From Desulfobacterales bacterium (GTDB taxonomy: Bacteria; Desulfobacterota; Desulfobacteria; Desulfobacterales; SG8-13), in the NCBI GenBank assembly GCA_049666885.1, contig JBATHN010000072.1, positions 1 to 25,858 of the forward strand: a stretch of DNA of 25,858 nucleotides, given 5' to 3'. Below are positions 8,067 to 18,907 of the stretch, piece after piece (the stretch's first letter is position 1; each line of letters begins with the position of its first letter). The notes under the pieces are model-generated. The model did not search any database and was not told the DNA's origin. It worked only from the letters and a program-made list of their open reading frames with translations. The position numbers and the translations under genes were made by a program.

Positions 8067-9560
8067 TTAAAATCGGCCGTAAGTCTCGGTTATATCCCGC
8101 AACCGGTCGGCCGTTTCGGAATCGAGCGCATCCCATCCAAAACGCCACAGCCAGTTGCCCCTGCGCCGGGCCGGCCGGTTCATCCGGGCTTCCGAACCCA
8201 GGCCCAGCACGTCCTGCAGAGGAACGATCACTGTCTCTGCCGTCGACACCATGGCCATCCGGATGAGTTCCCAATGCAACTCCTCGACCGGCACTTCCCG
8301 GCCCAGGTAGCGGAACAGGTTGGTTTTGGTTTTCGGATCGGCCTCTTTTTCGAACCAGCCTCTAATTGTGTTGTTGTCGTGGGTGCCGGTGTAAACGACA
8401 CAGTTCGGCTCGTGGCTATGCGGCAGAAACGATCCGTTCGGGAAGTCCTCGCCGAAGGCGAAGAGCAGCACCCGCATGCCCGGAAAGCCGTAACGGTTGA
8501 TAACCTCGCGGACATCCGCCGTGATGATGCCCAGGTCTTCGGCAATCACCGGCAGCCTTCCGAAGCGCTTGATGAGTCGATCGAGAAACTCTTCGACCGG
8601 CACCGGCACCCAGTGTCCGTTGACGGCGGTCTTGGCGCGGGCCGGTACTTCCCAGTAGGCGACCAGCCCGCGAAAGTGATCGATTCGCGTGAGGTCGTAC
8701 AGCTGCATGTGATGCTGCATCCGATCGACCCACCAGCCGTAATCTTTCTCCTGCAGCCTCTTCCAGTCGTAAACGGGATGCCCCCAGAGTTGCCCGGTGG
8801 CGCTGAAATAATCCGGCGGCACACCGGAGACGGCTTTCGGCCGTCCGCTGCGGGTCAATTTGAAGCACTGCGGATGGGTCCACACATCGGCGCTGTCGAG
8901 AGGCACGTAAATCGGCATGTCGCCGATGAGGCGGATCTGCCTTCGGTTACAGTATCGTTTGAGGGCGAACCACTGCTGAAAGAAGAGGTACTGAAGAATC
9001 TTTTGACATCGAATCCGGTCCCTGAATTTTTGCCGGGCCGTCTGCAGGGCTTTCGGCCGTCGTTCACGCAAGGAGCGGGGCCATTCAGGCCAGATGCGGG
9101 AGCGGTAATGGCTGCGTAAGACCATATAAAGAGCAAAGTCTTCGAGCCAGTCGGCCTGAAGGCAGAAGCGTTCGTAATCGGCCGTGTCCCCCTCGGTGCC
9201 GAATCTCTCGCAGACCCGCTCCAACAGACGTTGTTTGAAACGGACGACCCGGCTGAAAGCAACCTTTTGCTCAGACCATCGCCGGACCGTGTCCGACTCC
9301 GATTGACGCAGCAGGCCTTGCCGCACCAGCGACTCCGGACTGATCAGAAGCGGGTTGCCGGCAAAGGCCGACGGACTGTGGTAAGGCGAATGCCCGTAAA
9401 CGCTTTCGGTCGGATTGAGCGGCAGCACCTGCCAGAGCCGTTGACCGGTCTTCATCAGAAAATCGGCAAAATGGAAGGCCGAGGGTCCCAGGTCACCAAT
9501 TCCGTAACCGGAAGGCAGGCTGGTGGGATGCAGTAGAATGCCGCTTGATCGCACGCTCAT
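8067..9560 (-). CDS. malQ: 4-alpha-glucanotransferase (amylomaltase, GH77)
   Basis: 'RSSGILLHPTSLP', 'WQVLPL', catalytic 'RIDHFRG', 'IAEDLG' and 'YTGTHDN'. The start at 9560 forms an ATGA overlap with the treY stop; the ORF-track extension to 9674 is unlikely. Confidence 0.96.
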   Translation of the reverse strand: MSVRSSGILLHPTSLPSGYGIGDLGPSAFHFADFLMKTGQRLWQVLPLNPTESVYGHSPYHSPSAFAGNPLLISPESLVRQGLLRQSESDTVRRWSEQKVAFSRVVRFKQRLLERVCERFGTEGDTADYERFCLQADWLEDFALYMVLRSHYRSRIWPEWPRSLRERRPKALQTARQKFRDRIRCQKILQYLFFQQWFALKRYCNRRQIRLIGDMPIYVPLDSADVWTHPQCFKLTRSGRPKAVSGVPPDYFSATGQLWGHPVYDWKRLQEKDYGWWVDRMQHHMQLYDLTRIDHFRGLVAYWEVPARAKTAVNGHWVPVPVEEFLDRLIKRFGRLPVIAEDLGIITADVREVINRYGFPGMRVLLFAFGEDFPNGSFLPHSHEPNCVVYTGTHDNNTIRGWFEKEADPKTKTNLFRYLGREVPVEELHWELIRMAMVSTAETVIVPLQDVLGLGSEARMNRPARRRGNWLWRFGWDALDSETADRLRDITETYGRF

Positions 9561-12367
9561 GGTGTTTGCTCTCCCAGAAGCAGGGCCACGGGAAAATGCT
9601 GCAGGGCGTCGCCGACAGCGATTCCCGGTGCCCCTTGTATCGATTGCCGGGTAAAAATGTTTCGCCAGGAACACGGGGCCTCGGGCGGAAGCATGACGGC
9701 GGTGTCGCGCCAGACATTCTTGCCGAGCGGATCCTGGTTCTCACCCACCAGTGCGGTAAGGAAGCGTGGCACCACCGCGACACACCACTGCCCGCCGGCC
9801 TCGCGGGCAAAAGCCACGATGTGGCGACGAGAAGTTCCGCTGGCTTCAAGCGGCAGGTAGCGGCCGGACTGGAATACGTCCTTTCGTTGTCGCCTGGTGG
9901 CGATGGCACGGGCAATGACAAAGAGCTTGACCCTTCCGTCGTCTCTGTTTTCCAGAAGTCCCGCCACCTGCGCCAGCGGATCGGAAGACACCCTGCCAAT
10001 TGCTTTCAACAGCCGCCGGCGTTCGTCGTAGGCCACCGGCCGGCGATTGTCAGGATCCACCAGGGCGAGTTGCGGCAGCTCCGTGCCCTGATAGAAATCC
10101 GGAATACCGGGGACTGCGATTTTCAGCAGGCATTGGGACAGCGAATTAAACAGTCCGAAAAAAGCAATTTTTTTGCAGAACGGCACGAAGGCCGGCATAA
10201 ATTCATTCTGCGGCGACGGGTCGAGGAGGTTGTCCACAAACCCGGCAAGGGCCGTCTCGTATTCCTCTTCGGGTTCGAGCCAGGACGTGTGTTCACCGGC
10301 TTCCCGGGCCGCCTTGATCATGTAGGCTTTGATCCGTTCCACGAACCGGTGCGTCACGGGTCGACCCTGCGGCCAGGCCCCGATCAAGGTCTGATACAGG
10401 AGGTACTCCGTGTTTTTGTCGGGAACCGTTTTCGGTCCCTTTCGCATGCGGTGACCGCGGGTGAACGTATGCCAAGCTTCGATCCTCGTTTTCCATTCCG
10501 TCGGTATTTCGGACAATACATTCAATCTGGCCCGCACGTCTTCACCCCGTTTCGAGTCATGGGTCGCGGTGCTGTTCATGGCATGGGGCCAGTCCTCCGC
10601 CCTTCGCACCATCGCCGCGTGAAACCGCTCGACACTGCAGCCGAAGCGATCCGGCGCACTGCCGACCTCGTTCAGGGACACGAGCCGATTATACCTGTAG
10701 AAGGCCGTGTCTTCGAAGCCTTTGGCCATCAACGCCGCCGACAATTGCTGGAACGCCCGGACGGCCCTCCCGCACTGTTTGAATATCTCAACATCGTCAA
10801 CGGCTTCGTCGAAAGGAACGTTTTCGAGAAGCAGGTTCCGGAGAAACTCGGATTCGATGTGCAGATGCGGATACTCGAGAACCGCTCGGGAAATCGCCGC
10901 CTCGACGACAGCCCGGTCGTCGGAGCAACCATTTTCTGTTCCAAGGTAGGTTCGATAAATAGGAAACCGCGCGAGCACCTCTGAGAGTGCACTCTTGAGT
11001 CGGCTCAAGGTCAGGTTGTCGGCAAAGCACTTCAGGGCGGATATTTTTTTGATCCTCCGCGCGAGGTTGTCGAGGTCTCCGGCCATGCGGGATGCCAGAA
11101 CCCACTTTTTGGCGGAATAGACCACGTCTTCGAAAGATTCCGTCCGTCCACTGAAGCCGGTGTAAATGTCGGTAAAGCGGGTTTCATTTTCCCGGAACAC
11201 GAACAGTGCATTGAGCCAATGGGCGAAATCATAACCGGTGGTTCCCTGCACCGGCCAGCCGAGGGATAGTGGCTCTTCGGGTGCGAGGATTTTTTCCACC
11301 AGGATAAAAGCGTCTTCCCCGAGGCACCGGCGCAATCTTTGAAGATACTCCGCGGGGTCCGCCAGGCCGTCGACATGATCGATACGCACGCCGCTCACGC
11401 TCTTTTCGGAGACCAGTTTTCTCAGCAGCCGATGAGTGTAATCGAAGACCGCCCTTTTCTCCTGGCGCAGGGCGATCAACTCGTTGATGTCGAAAAAACG
11501 GCGGTAATTGATTTCTTCGTTGGCGACCTGCCAGTAGCACAATCGAAATCGCTGTTGCGACAGAAGCCCGTCCAGCCGCTGGTAGCTGTGAATGTTACCG
11601 GGCTCTCCGTTGAAACGACGCAGGGTTTCGGAGAGCAAGCGCCGGATGACGGTATTGCCGCAGAAAAGATTCCACAGGGTTTGCTTTATGGCGCGGCTGT
11701 GATCTTGCCGAACCCCGGCATCCGCATGCAGCACCAGACTTTCCAGATCGTCGAGAGCGTCGATCCAGCGATTGTAGGCCGGGTCTTCTTCCCCGAGTTC
11801 GTTCTTGATCGACGCGGTGGGCTGGTCGAGAATGCTCAGATACGTCTCGATTTGCAGCGGAAATTTCAGGTCACCGTATGTCGCCGCAAAACCGTCGCGG
11901 TCAAAGACTATCCGGATTTCGCCTTTTTCGAGGCACTCACCGTAGCGTTGCCCCAAAAAAGGCGCCATCACCCTGCCCTGCAGGTCCTTGGAGGGATGGT
12001 TCCAGCAGATATCGAAATGGTCGTGGAACCTCGAAGACGACCCGTTTTCGAGCACATCCGCCAGCATCCGGTTGTCGACATCGAAGGCCATGTGGTTGGG
12101 TACGATATCCTGCAGCCACCCCATATCAAAATCCCGCAGCCGCTCGATGAGGTTTTTCCAGTCGTCCAGCGATCCCAGCTCGGGGTTCAAGGCATTGGGG
12201 TCCACGCAGTCGTAGCCGTGTAAGCTCCCCTTGCGGGCACGAAATATCGGCGAGGCGTAAACGTGCGAAATTCCCAGCTCGGACAGGTAGGAACCGATGT
12301 CGGCGGCTTGACCGAAACCAAATGCCGGTTGAAGCTGCAGTCGATATGTGGCGATGGGAACATCCAT
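9557..12367 (-). CDS. treY: Malto-oligosyltrehalose synthase (GH13)
   Basis: 'PIATYRLQ', 'GSLHGYD', 'DIVPNHMA', 'INYRRFFDIN', 'RIDHVDGL', 'VEKIL', 'STATHDSKRGED' and 'LVDPDNRRPV'. Confidence 0.96.
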   Translation of the reverse strand: MDVPIATYRLQLQPAFGFGQAADIGSYLSELGISHVYASPIFRARKGSLHGYDCVDPNALNPELGSLDDWKNLIERLRDFDMGWLQDIVPNHMAFDVDNRMLADVLENGSSSRFHDHFDICWNHPSKDLQGRVMAPFLGQRYGECLEKGEIRIVFDRDGFAATYGDLKFPLQIETYLSILDQPTASIKNELGEEDPAYNRWIDALDDLESLVLHADAGVRQDHSRAIKQTLWNLFCGNTVIRRLLSETLRRFNGEPGNIHSYQRLDGLLSQQRFRLCYWQVANEEINYRRFFDINELIALRQEKRAVFDYTHRLLRKLVSEKSVSGVRIDHVDGLADPAEYLQRLRRCLGEDAFILVEKILAPEEPLSLGWPVQGTTGYDFAHWLNALFVFRENETRFTDIYTGFSGRTESFEDVVYSAKKWVLASRMAGDLDNLARRIKKISALKCFADNLTLSRLKSALSEVLARFPIYRTYLGTENGCSDDRAVVEAAISRAVLEYPHLHIESEFLRNLLLENVPFDEAVDDVEIFKQCGRAVRAFQQLSAALMAKGFEDTAFYRYNRLVSLNEVGSAPDRFGCSVERFHAAMVRRAEDWPHAMNSTATHDSKRGEDVRARLNVLSEIPTEWKTRIEAWHTFTRGHRMRKGPKTVPDKNTEYLLYQTLIGAWPQGRPVTHRFVERIKAYMIKAAREAGEHTSWLEPEEEYETALAGFVDNLLDPSPQNEFMPAFVPFCKKIAFFGLFNSLSQCLLKIAVPGIPDFYQGTELPQLALVDPDNRRPVAYDERRRLLKAIGRVSSDPLAQVAGLLENRDDGRVKLFVIARAIATRRQRKDVFQSGRYLPLEASGTSRRHIVAFAREAGGQWCVAVVPRFLTALVGENQDPLGKNVWRDTAVMLPPEAPCSWRNIFTRQSIQGAPGIAVGDALQHFPVALLLGEQTP

Positions 12368-12380
12368 AGTGTTTACTCTA

Positions 12381-14813
12381 TTAATCCATTGGGGGCCGGA
12401 TCTTCAGAACTTCCGCCAGGCGGAGAAACATCGCCACCCATTGCCGGGCGTCGTCGTCACCTCCATCGGCTCTCGCGCGGAAGTCGGCATATTTTTTCTG
12501 CCCCAGGGTGTAGTGAATATTCTGGATCTCCTGAAACCTTACTAAAAAGGGAAGTCCGACGGCGAGCTCGACACCCTGAGTCAACCGGTCCAGCAGATCG
12601 ACGTCGTCAGGGGCTGCCTGGAACTTGTGGGCCAACTGCTCCAGCCTGTTTCGCAAGGTGAATTCGAGCGTTTCGGAATCCAGGGCGATCCCGGCCCGTT
12701 CGGCATCTTCGATCAGATTGTGTATGGCGTCGTAATCGAGCTCTTCACGGCCGAATTCGTGATTCAGATCGCTGTTGACCACTATATCACCGGCAACGTA
12801 AAGCGCTTTGGGAATCCGGCTGCTAGAATTGTTGATGAAGCGCATCAACGATACGTGGTTGTCGTAGAGTTGACGATACATCGCGAGGGCATCGGTCGTG
12901 GTGGCTTCCAGAATCGTGTTCAACACCTTGCGCTGTTCGTCGCGGAACAGGGATGTGAGAGAATAGACGGAGTCTTGGAAGTATTTCCCGAAACACCGGA
13001 ACACGCCCGGAATATCGTTCTTGTCGAAGACACTTAGGACTTCCTCCGCCATGCGGGAATACGCCTTTTCGTCGAAGCGGCTGATCCCGCAACTGATGCT
13101 GTGGTCTCCCATATGGAAGACGGCGTAGTGAAACTGTGCGGTCTCCCGCGTGATCTGTGAGGTGAGCTGAGCCCGACCCACGGCGATCTTGTCTTTACCG
13201 GCTTCCGCGCTGCGGTTGTCGAGGTTTTCGATAAAATAGCAATATATGAAAACCGTTTGGGGATAGTCTTCGAAAAACGAACTGATAGCATAATGGGCTG
13301 CGGCTTTTTTCAGATCCACGCTGGAGGGCTTCACCCACTTCTCGTAGATGTGGCGCCCGTCACCATATTTTGGAATATTGCTTTTGGCCGCGGCCAGCTT
13401 CTCTTTAAATGGCCCTTCGATCTCGGACTCGAACAGCTCCTCGGCCAACTGTACGGCACGGCCGGCATATTGAATGACCTGAACGGTCTCGATTCCCGAC
13501 AGTTCATCGAAGAACCAACCGCAACTGGTATACATCAACATGGCCTGGCGCTGCATTTCCAGAAGCTTCAGAACCTGTATGCGATTCGTTTCGTCCGACG
13601 AACCGGTCATGTGCCGCTCCAGAAAGCGGGCGATGTTTTCGGGCGAACGATCGAGGATCACCTCGATGTAGTCGTCGCGTGCCTGCCATGGGTCGGCGAG
13701 CAGATCACGGGAATTTTCGACAAACTCTTCCGCTAACGCATCCCGCAGCCAGTCCAGCGCGTTGCGAAGCGGCCCCCGCCAGCCCTGGTTCCAGTCCGGC
13801 CGGCGGCCGGACTGGCAGCCGCAGTCGCTTTTCCAGCGCTCCACTCCATGCGCACAACTCCAGGCGGTTTCTTCCTTGATCTCCACTTCCCAGGTCGGGG
13901 GCTGTTTCTCAAGAAATTCTCCGTAATTTGTCAACCGCGCCGAATTACCGGAATCAATCTTTTCCAGGGCGTAGGCCAGGGCCATGTCGCCATATCGGTG
14001 GTGGTGACCGAAGGTCTCCCCGTCCGTTGCGATGTGGACCAGCTGGTTGTCATCGCGCTCTTCTTCAAATGCCGCCAGCAAATGTCCGGCAAAGGTCTCC
14101 CCGTTGTTCAGCAGACCATTGAAGGCCACGTCCCGGGAGATCGGTCCGTCGTAGAAAAAGATTGCCATGCTGCGGTCTTCGGCAAGGCGCTGCACATAAG
14201 GCATGCGCGGGTCGATGGACCCGTCGCTCACGTCGCTCCAGGAATCGACCCCAATAGGTCTTACTCTACTGGCCTGGTAAGGGCTCAAAATGGTGAACGT
14301 GATTCCCACTTCGGCCATGATGTCAAGGGTTTCCAGGTCCACCGCGGCCTCCGGGAGCCACATTCCCTCCGGTGCCCTTCCGAAGCGATGCTGGAAGTCA
14401 CGGATGCCCCACAGAATCTGCGTGGTGCGATCGGCCATGTTGGCCAGCGGAAGAATCATGTGGTTATAAGGCTGGGCTATCGCCGAACCGTGTCCCGAGA
14501 ATCGTTCGCTGCTGCGCCGATCGGCCTCCAATATCGCCGCGTATACCTCGGCGCTGTTTTGCGCCATCCAGCTGAGCAGCGTCGGTCCGAAATTGAAGCT
14601 TATCCGGGCGTAGTTATTGGTGATTCGGACGATCCTATCCTGCTCGTCCTGAATGCGGGCGGCGGCATTGCGGGCATAACATTCGGCAGTGATGCGGACA
14701 TTCCAGTCATGATACGGATGGGCGGAGTCCTGGATCTCGATCTCCTCCAGCCAGGGATTTTCCCTCGGAGGTTGGTAGAAATGTCCGTGAATGCATATGC
14801 AGTGTTGCGTCAT
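12381..14813 (-). CDS. GH57 family glycoside hydrolase with DUF3536 C-terminal domain
   Basis: 'IHGHFYQPPRENPW', 'SFNFGPTLLSW', 'YNHMILPL', 'GMWLPE', 'ATDGETFGHH', 'WSCAHGVERW' and 'MYTSCGWFFD'. ATG 14813 follows GAAGGA. Confidence 0.9.
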   Translation of the reverse strand: MTQHCICIHGHFYQPPRENPWLEEIEIQDSAHPYHDWNVRITAECYARNAAARIQDEQDRIVRITNNYARISFNFGPTLLSWMAQNSAEVYAAILEADRRSSERFSGHGSAIAQPYNHMILPLANMADRTTQILWGIRDFQHRFGRAPEGMWLPEAAVDLETLDIMAEVGITFTILSPYQASRVRPIGVDSWSDVSDGSIDPRMPYVQRLAEDRSMAIFFYDGPISRDVAFNGLLNNGETFAGHLLAAFEEERDDNQLVHIATDGETFGHHHRYGDMALAYALEKIDSGNSARLTNYGEFLEKQPPTWEVEIKEETAWSCAHGVERWKSDCGCQSGRRPDWNQGWRGPLRNALDWLRDALAEEFVENSRDLLADPWQARDDYIEVILDRSPENIARFLERHMTGSSDETNRIQVLKLLEMQRQAMLMYTSCGWFFDELSGIETVQVIQYAGRAVQLAEELFESEIEGPFKEKLAAAKSNIPKYGDGRHIYEKWVKPSSVDLKKAAAHYAISSFFEDYPQTVFIYCYFIENLDNRSAEAGKDKIAVGRAQLTSQITRETAQFHYAVFHMGDHSISCGISRFDEKAYSRMAEEVLSVFDKNDIPGVFRCFGKYFQDSVYSLTSLFRDEQRKVLNTILEATTTDALAMYRQLYDNHVSLMRFINNSSSRIPKALYVAGDIVVNSDLNHEFGREELDYDAIHNLIEDAERAGIALDSETLEFTLRNRLEQLAHKFQAAPDDVDLLDRLTQGVELAVGLPFLVRFQEIQNIHYTLGQKKYADFRARADGGDDDARQWVAMFLRLAEVLKIRPPMD

Positions 14814-15053
14814 GTCGGGTTCCTTCTTTCGTTTCTTTCTCCGACGATGTTTATGTCGCTTCAGGTCTTTCAAAAGGTGTCAGTGGTCAGGTTGCAGATG
14901 TCGGGAAAAGCACGCTGCACTGACCCCCGACCTACCATTAATCAGAGTAGGGGTGCCGGGTTCCGGCGGTCAACTGGTTCTGCGTGCGCCCCAGCACCAT
15001 TCCCGGCACCTGAAACACGCCATAGCCATAAAGTCGCGCAATGCAAAAAGCTG

Positions 15054-16916
15054 TCAATCCGGTGCGCAATACCTGGAAAATACCGCAACGCTGTAAGGCG
15101 CCATTTTGAGTTCCGCCGTTCCGTTCGTCAGCAGGGTAATGGGAACACTGCTTCCGGGACCCATCCAGCGGGGTTCGGCTGAATCAATCCTTTTGCACCA
15201 ACGCCCTGCGGGCAGATGAATTCGGATCCCTCCCGTTTCGCCGTTGAAATTGAACAGTAACCCGGCCTCGTCGTCGTCGAAGCGGCGCCGTACCAAAAGC
15301 AGGTTCTGCTGCGGGTCGCATGACACGCTCATGTTTTTCTTGCTCAGGTTTGCCAGGGCGGGAATCCGGGTGCGCAGGCCCAGCACTTCCCGGTGAAATT
15401 CGTACATTGTCCGATGGTGGCCTTCCCGCTGCAAGGACCGATTCAATTTGGACCGCAGAAAGGTCTGCTCGTCCTGAGGATCCGGGGAGTCGGCCTGCCA
15501 GTCGAAGGCGGCAAACTCACGTCGGCGGCCCTTCCGGACAGCTTCAACCAGTTCTGGATCGGTGTGACTGACGAAATACTGAAACGGCGCTGTTTCCCCG
15601 TATTCCTCTCCCATGAAAATCAACGGGATGAACGGCGACAGGAGCACCAGACCGGCGGCCAACTTCTGTTTTTCGAGCGATACCATTCCGGCCAATCGGT
15701 CCCCCAGCATGCGATTGCCCACCTGGTCGTGATTTTGGGCGAATACCAGCAGCTGTCGGGCCGGAACGTTGCGGGAAGAGTTGCCGTGGGCCCGCTGTCG
15801 ATATGCGGAGTATTGTCCCGCATAGACGTAGCCTTCCTGCCAGGCCCGGGCCAGATCTTTAAGACCGTCGTAGTCCCGGTAGTAGCCGGATCGCTCACGC
15901 GTCAGCGCGGTGTGCAGGCTATGGTGAAAGTCGTCGTTCCACTGGGCATCGAGATTGAAGCCGCCCAGCTCTCGTGGGCGGACGATGCGCGTGTCGTTGA
16001 GGGCGCTTTCGGCGATCAGGTGGATAGGCCGCTGCAGCTCTTCCGCCGAACGGTGTACGACTCGGCCGAGCTCCTCCAGAAACGGACGGGCTGAAAAATC
16101 GAGGATGGCGTGAACGGCGTCCAGCCGCAGGGCGTCGATGTGGAATTCACCGATCCATTGAAGGGCGTTTTCGATGAAATAACGGCGGACCTCATCGCTG
16201 TGGGGCCCGTCGAAGTTGAGCGCTTCTCCCCAGGGTGTCTGATAAAAATCGGTGAAATAAGGGCCGAAATCTCTCAGGTAGTTGCCTTCCGGCCCAAGGT
16301 GGTTGTAAACCACGTCAAGCACCACCGCCAAACCCTTGCGGTGACAGGCGTTCACCAGACGCTTCAGTCCCTCCGGGCCGCCGTAGGAGTTCTGCACGGC
16401 AAAAGGGTAGACACCGTCATAGCCCCAGTTCCGATTGCCTGGGAACTGGGCCACCGGCATCAGTTCGACGGCGGTGACGCCGAGATCGGAGAGTTCGTCC
16501 AGGTGCCGGGTGACGCCGTCGAAGGTTCCCTCCGGAGTAAAAGTTCCCACGTGCAGTTCGTAAACGACATAGCGGCTCAGAGGCAGTCCGCACCAGGCGG
16601 CGTCATTCCAGTCGAAATCGGCGGAGACGACCCCGGAGGGTTCGTGCACCCCGTCGGGCTGATACCGCGAGGCCGGATCCGGTCGTTCCCTGGCGCTCGA
16701 ATCCGCATATTGAAGCCGGTAGACGTAGCGGGTATCCGGTGGGATATCGTCCAACACAGCCGTGAAATACCCTGCCCCATGTTTGTTCATCGCCGACCGG
16801 CGGTCCTCCGGCGCAGTCAATCGAACCTCGACGTTTTCGACCAGGGGCGCCCACACCTCGAAGCGGCAGCGCCGGTCACTGAGCGGCGTGGCTCCCAATC
16901 GGGGACTTCTCATCAT
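15054..16916 (-). CDS. treZ: Malto-oligosyltrehalose trehalohydrolase (GH13)
   Basis: 'FEVWAP', '[13 protein letters not shown]', 'YELHVGTFT', 'NWGYDGV', 'RLDAVH', 'IAES', 'QWNDDFHH' and 'QNHDQVGNR'. Confidence 0.96.
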   Translation of the reverse strand: MMRSPRLGATPLSDRRCRFEVWAPLVENVEVRLTAPEDRRSAMNKHGAGYFTAVLDDIPPDTRYVYRLQYADSSARERPDPASRYQPDGVHEPSGVVSADFDWNDAAWCGLPLSRYVVYELHVGTFTPEGTFDGVTRHLDELSDLGVTAVELMPVAQFPGNRNWGYDGVYPFAVQNSYGGPEGLKRLVNACHRKGLAVVLDVVYNHLGPEGNYLRDFGPYFTDFYQTPWGEALNFDGPHSDEVRRYFIENALQWIGEFHIDALRLDAVHAILDFSARPFLEELGRVVHRSAEELQRPIHLIAESALNDTRIVRPRELGGFNLDAQWNDDFHHSLHTALTRERSGYYRDYDGLKDLARAWQEGYVYAGQYSAYRQRAHGNSSRNVPARQLLVFAQNHDQVGNRMLGDRLAGMVSLEKQKLAAGLVLLSPFIPLIFMGEEYGETAPFQYFVSHTDPELVEAVRKGRRREFAAFDWQADSPDPQDEQTFLRSKLNRSLQREGHHRTMYEFHREVLGLRTRIPALANLSKKNMSVSCDPQQNLLLVRRRFDDDEAGLLFNFNGETGGIRIHLPAGRWCKRIDSAEPRWMGPGSSVPITLLTNGTAELKMAPYSVAVFSRYCAPD

Positions 16917-18871
16917 GCCGGATCCTTTGCGGGCCGCAAGAACACGGCCGATAACGGCGGCAGAGTCAAGTTCAGGGAGTGGGACATACCGTGAAACGGC
17001 ACCGGCGCTGCTTCCAGGGTCCCAAGGTTACCCTGACCGCTGCCGCCGTAATCGCGTGCATCGCTATTGAGCAACTCCTGCCAGAAACTGCTGCGGGGGG
17101 CGCCGACATGATAATTGTGCTGCGGAACCGGCGTGAAATTGAGAACGGCGATCAACTCGCAAGCGCCCTGACGGTCCCGCCGGATCAAGCTGATGGTGCT
17201 GTGCACGGAATCGTTGCAGTCGATCCATTGAAACCCATCGGAGAAGAAGTCGGATTCGTGCATGGCCGCTTCGTTGCGGTACAACTGGTTGAGATCGCGC
17301 ATCCAGCGATGCAGCCCGCTGTGCAATGAAGACTCGAGCAGGTGCCAGTCCAGACTGCGGTCATGCGCCCATTCGGCCCACTGCCCGAATTCACCGCCCA
17401 TAAAGACGAGCTTCTTACCGGGTTGGGCGTACATATAGCCGAACAGCAGGCGGAGATTGGCGAATTTCTGCCAGTTGTCTCCCGGCATTTTTCCCAGGAG
17501 AGACCCTTTGCCATGAACCACTTCGTCGTGGGAGAGAGGCAGTACATAGTTTTCATGAAACGCATAGATCATACGGAAGGTCAGCTTGTTGTGGTGGTAA
17601 GAGCGATGAACCGGATCCTTTGAAAAATAGGCCAGGGTGTCGTGCATCCACCCCATGTCCCATTTCATGTCGAAACCGAGCCCACCGAGGAACACCGGGC
17701 GTGACACCATCGGCCAGGCGGTGGATTCTTCGGCAATCGTGATGGTGCCGGGGTAATTTTTATGCGTCTCTTCGTTGAAGCGGCGTAGAAAGGAAATGGC
17801 TTCCAGGTTTTCGTTGCCGCCGAATTCGTTGGGAATCCATTCCCCCGGGCTGCGGGAATAATCCAAATAGAGCATCGAGGCGACCGCATCGACGCGAAAC
17901 CCGTCAATGTGGTACTTGTCCAGCCAGAAGAGACTGCTGCTGATCAGAAAATTGCGAATTTCGTTGCGCCCGTAATTAAAAATGTAGCTCTTCCAGTCCG
18001 GATGAAAGCCCTTGCGCTCATCGGCGTGTTCGTAGAGATGGGTTCCGTCGAAATCGCCGATTCCGTGCCCGTCGACGGGAAAATGCGACGGCACCCAGTC
18101 GAGGATGACGCCGATACCGTTTCGATGAAGGGTGTCGATCAGGTGCATGAAATCCTGGGGTGTGCCGTAGCGGCTGGTGGGAGAAAAATATCCGAGACTC
18201 TGATAGCCCCAGGAGCCGAAAAAAGGGTGTTCCATCACCGGCATGAATTCGACGTGGGTGTAACCCATTTCCAAAAGGTAATCGGTCAGTTTCCGCGTCA
18301 GCTCCCGGTAGGAAAGCGAGCGGTTGTTTTCTTCGAGCACCCGCATCCACGAACCCAGGTGGACCTCGTAGATGCTCATGGGGGCCTCCGGTTTTTGATT
18401 CTGCGCGCGCGATGTCATCCAGTTTTCATCACCCCATTCATAGGACAGATCCCAGATCACGGAGGCGGTCTTTGGGGGCACCTCGCCATGGACGGCAAAC
18501 GGATCGGCTTTTTCCAACCGGTGGTTGTCGTAAGTGGACTGAATGACATATTTGTAGGGCGCGCTGCGCCCGACGCCGGCGATGAATCCTTCCCAGATGC
18601 CCGAATCACCCCGCGGCGTCAGCACGTGACGGTGGTCGTCCCAATCGTTGAAATCACCGATCACGCTGACCGTCTCGGCGTTGGGCGCCCACACGCCGAA
18701 AACGGTTCCCTCACGCCCGTCGACCGTGATGATGTGCGCACCCAGCTTGTCGTAAAGTCGAAAGTGGCTGCCCTCGTTGAACAGGTAGATGTCATCTTCG
18801 CTAAGCAGGGAGACATCGGGGTCGACCGCGTCGTCGACGCCGGTGTCCGTTCCCGGATTTTTTAAAGACAT
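16913..18871 (-). CDS. glgB: 1,4-alpha-glucan branching enzyme (GH13, short form)
   Basis: 'VWAPNA', 'IYEVHLGSW', 'SWGYQ', 'DWVPSHF', 'RVDAVASM', 'AEESTAW' and '[10 protein letters not shown]'. AAGGAGGAG RBS. Confidence 0.97.
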   Translation of the reverse strand: MSLKNPGTDTGVDDAVDPDVSLLSEDDIYLFNEGSHFRLYDKLGAHIITVDGREGTVFGVWAPNAETVSVIGDFNDWDDHRHVLTPRGDSGIWEGFIAGVGRSAPYKYVIQSTYDNHRLEKADPFAVHGEVPPKTASVIWDLSYEWGDENWMTSRAQNQKPEAPMSIYEVHLGSWMRVLEENNRSLSYRELTRKLTDYLLEMGYTHVEFMPVMEHPFFGSWGYQSLGYFSPTSRYGTPQDFMHLIDTLHRNGIGVILDWVPSHFPVDGHGIGDFDGTHLYEHADERKGFHPDWKSYIFNYGRNEIRNFLISSSLFWLDKYHIDGFRVDAVASMLYLDYSRSPGEWIPNEFGGNENLEAISFLRRFNEETHKNYPGTITIAEESTAWPMVSRPVFLGGLGFDMKWDMGWMHDTLAYFSKDPVHRSYHHNKLTFRMIYAFHENYVLPLSHDEVVHGKGSLLGKMPGDNWQKFANLRLLFGYMYAQPGKKLVFMGGEFGQWAEWAHDRSLDWHLLESSLHSGLHRWMRDLNQLYRNEAAMHESDFFSDGFQWIDCNDSVHSTISLIRRDRQGACELIAVLNFTPVPQHNYHVGAPRSSFWQELLNSDARDYGGSGQGNLGTLEAAPVPFHGMSHSLNLTLPPLSAVFLRPAKDPA

Positions 18872-18907
18872 GGACTCCTCCTTGGTTATTTTCCATTGCC
18901 GCGAGCA

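Noticed and set aside
9545..10984. 479-aa plus-strand ORF and other long antisense ORFs (13848-15182, 19220-20365, 22115-23344, 17909-18865)
   Set aside because: They are shadows of well-supported minus-strand genes in GC-rich DNA and show no recognisable motifs.
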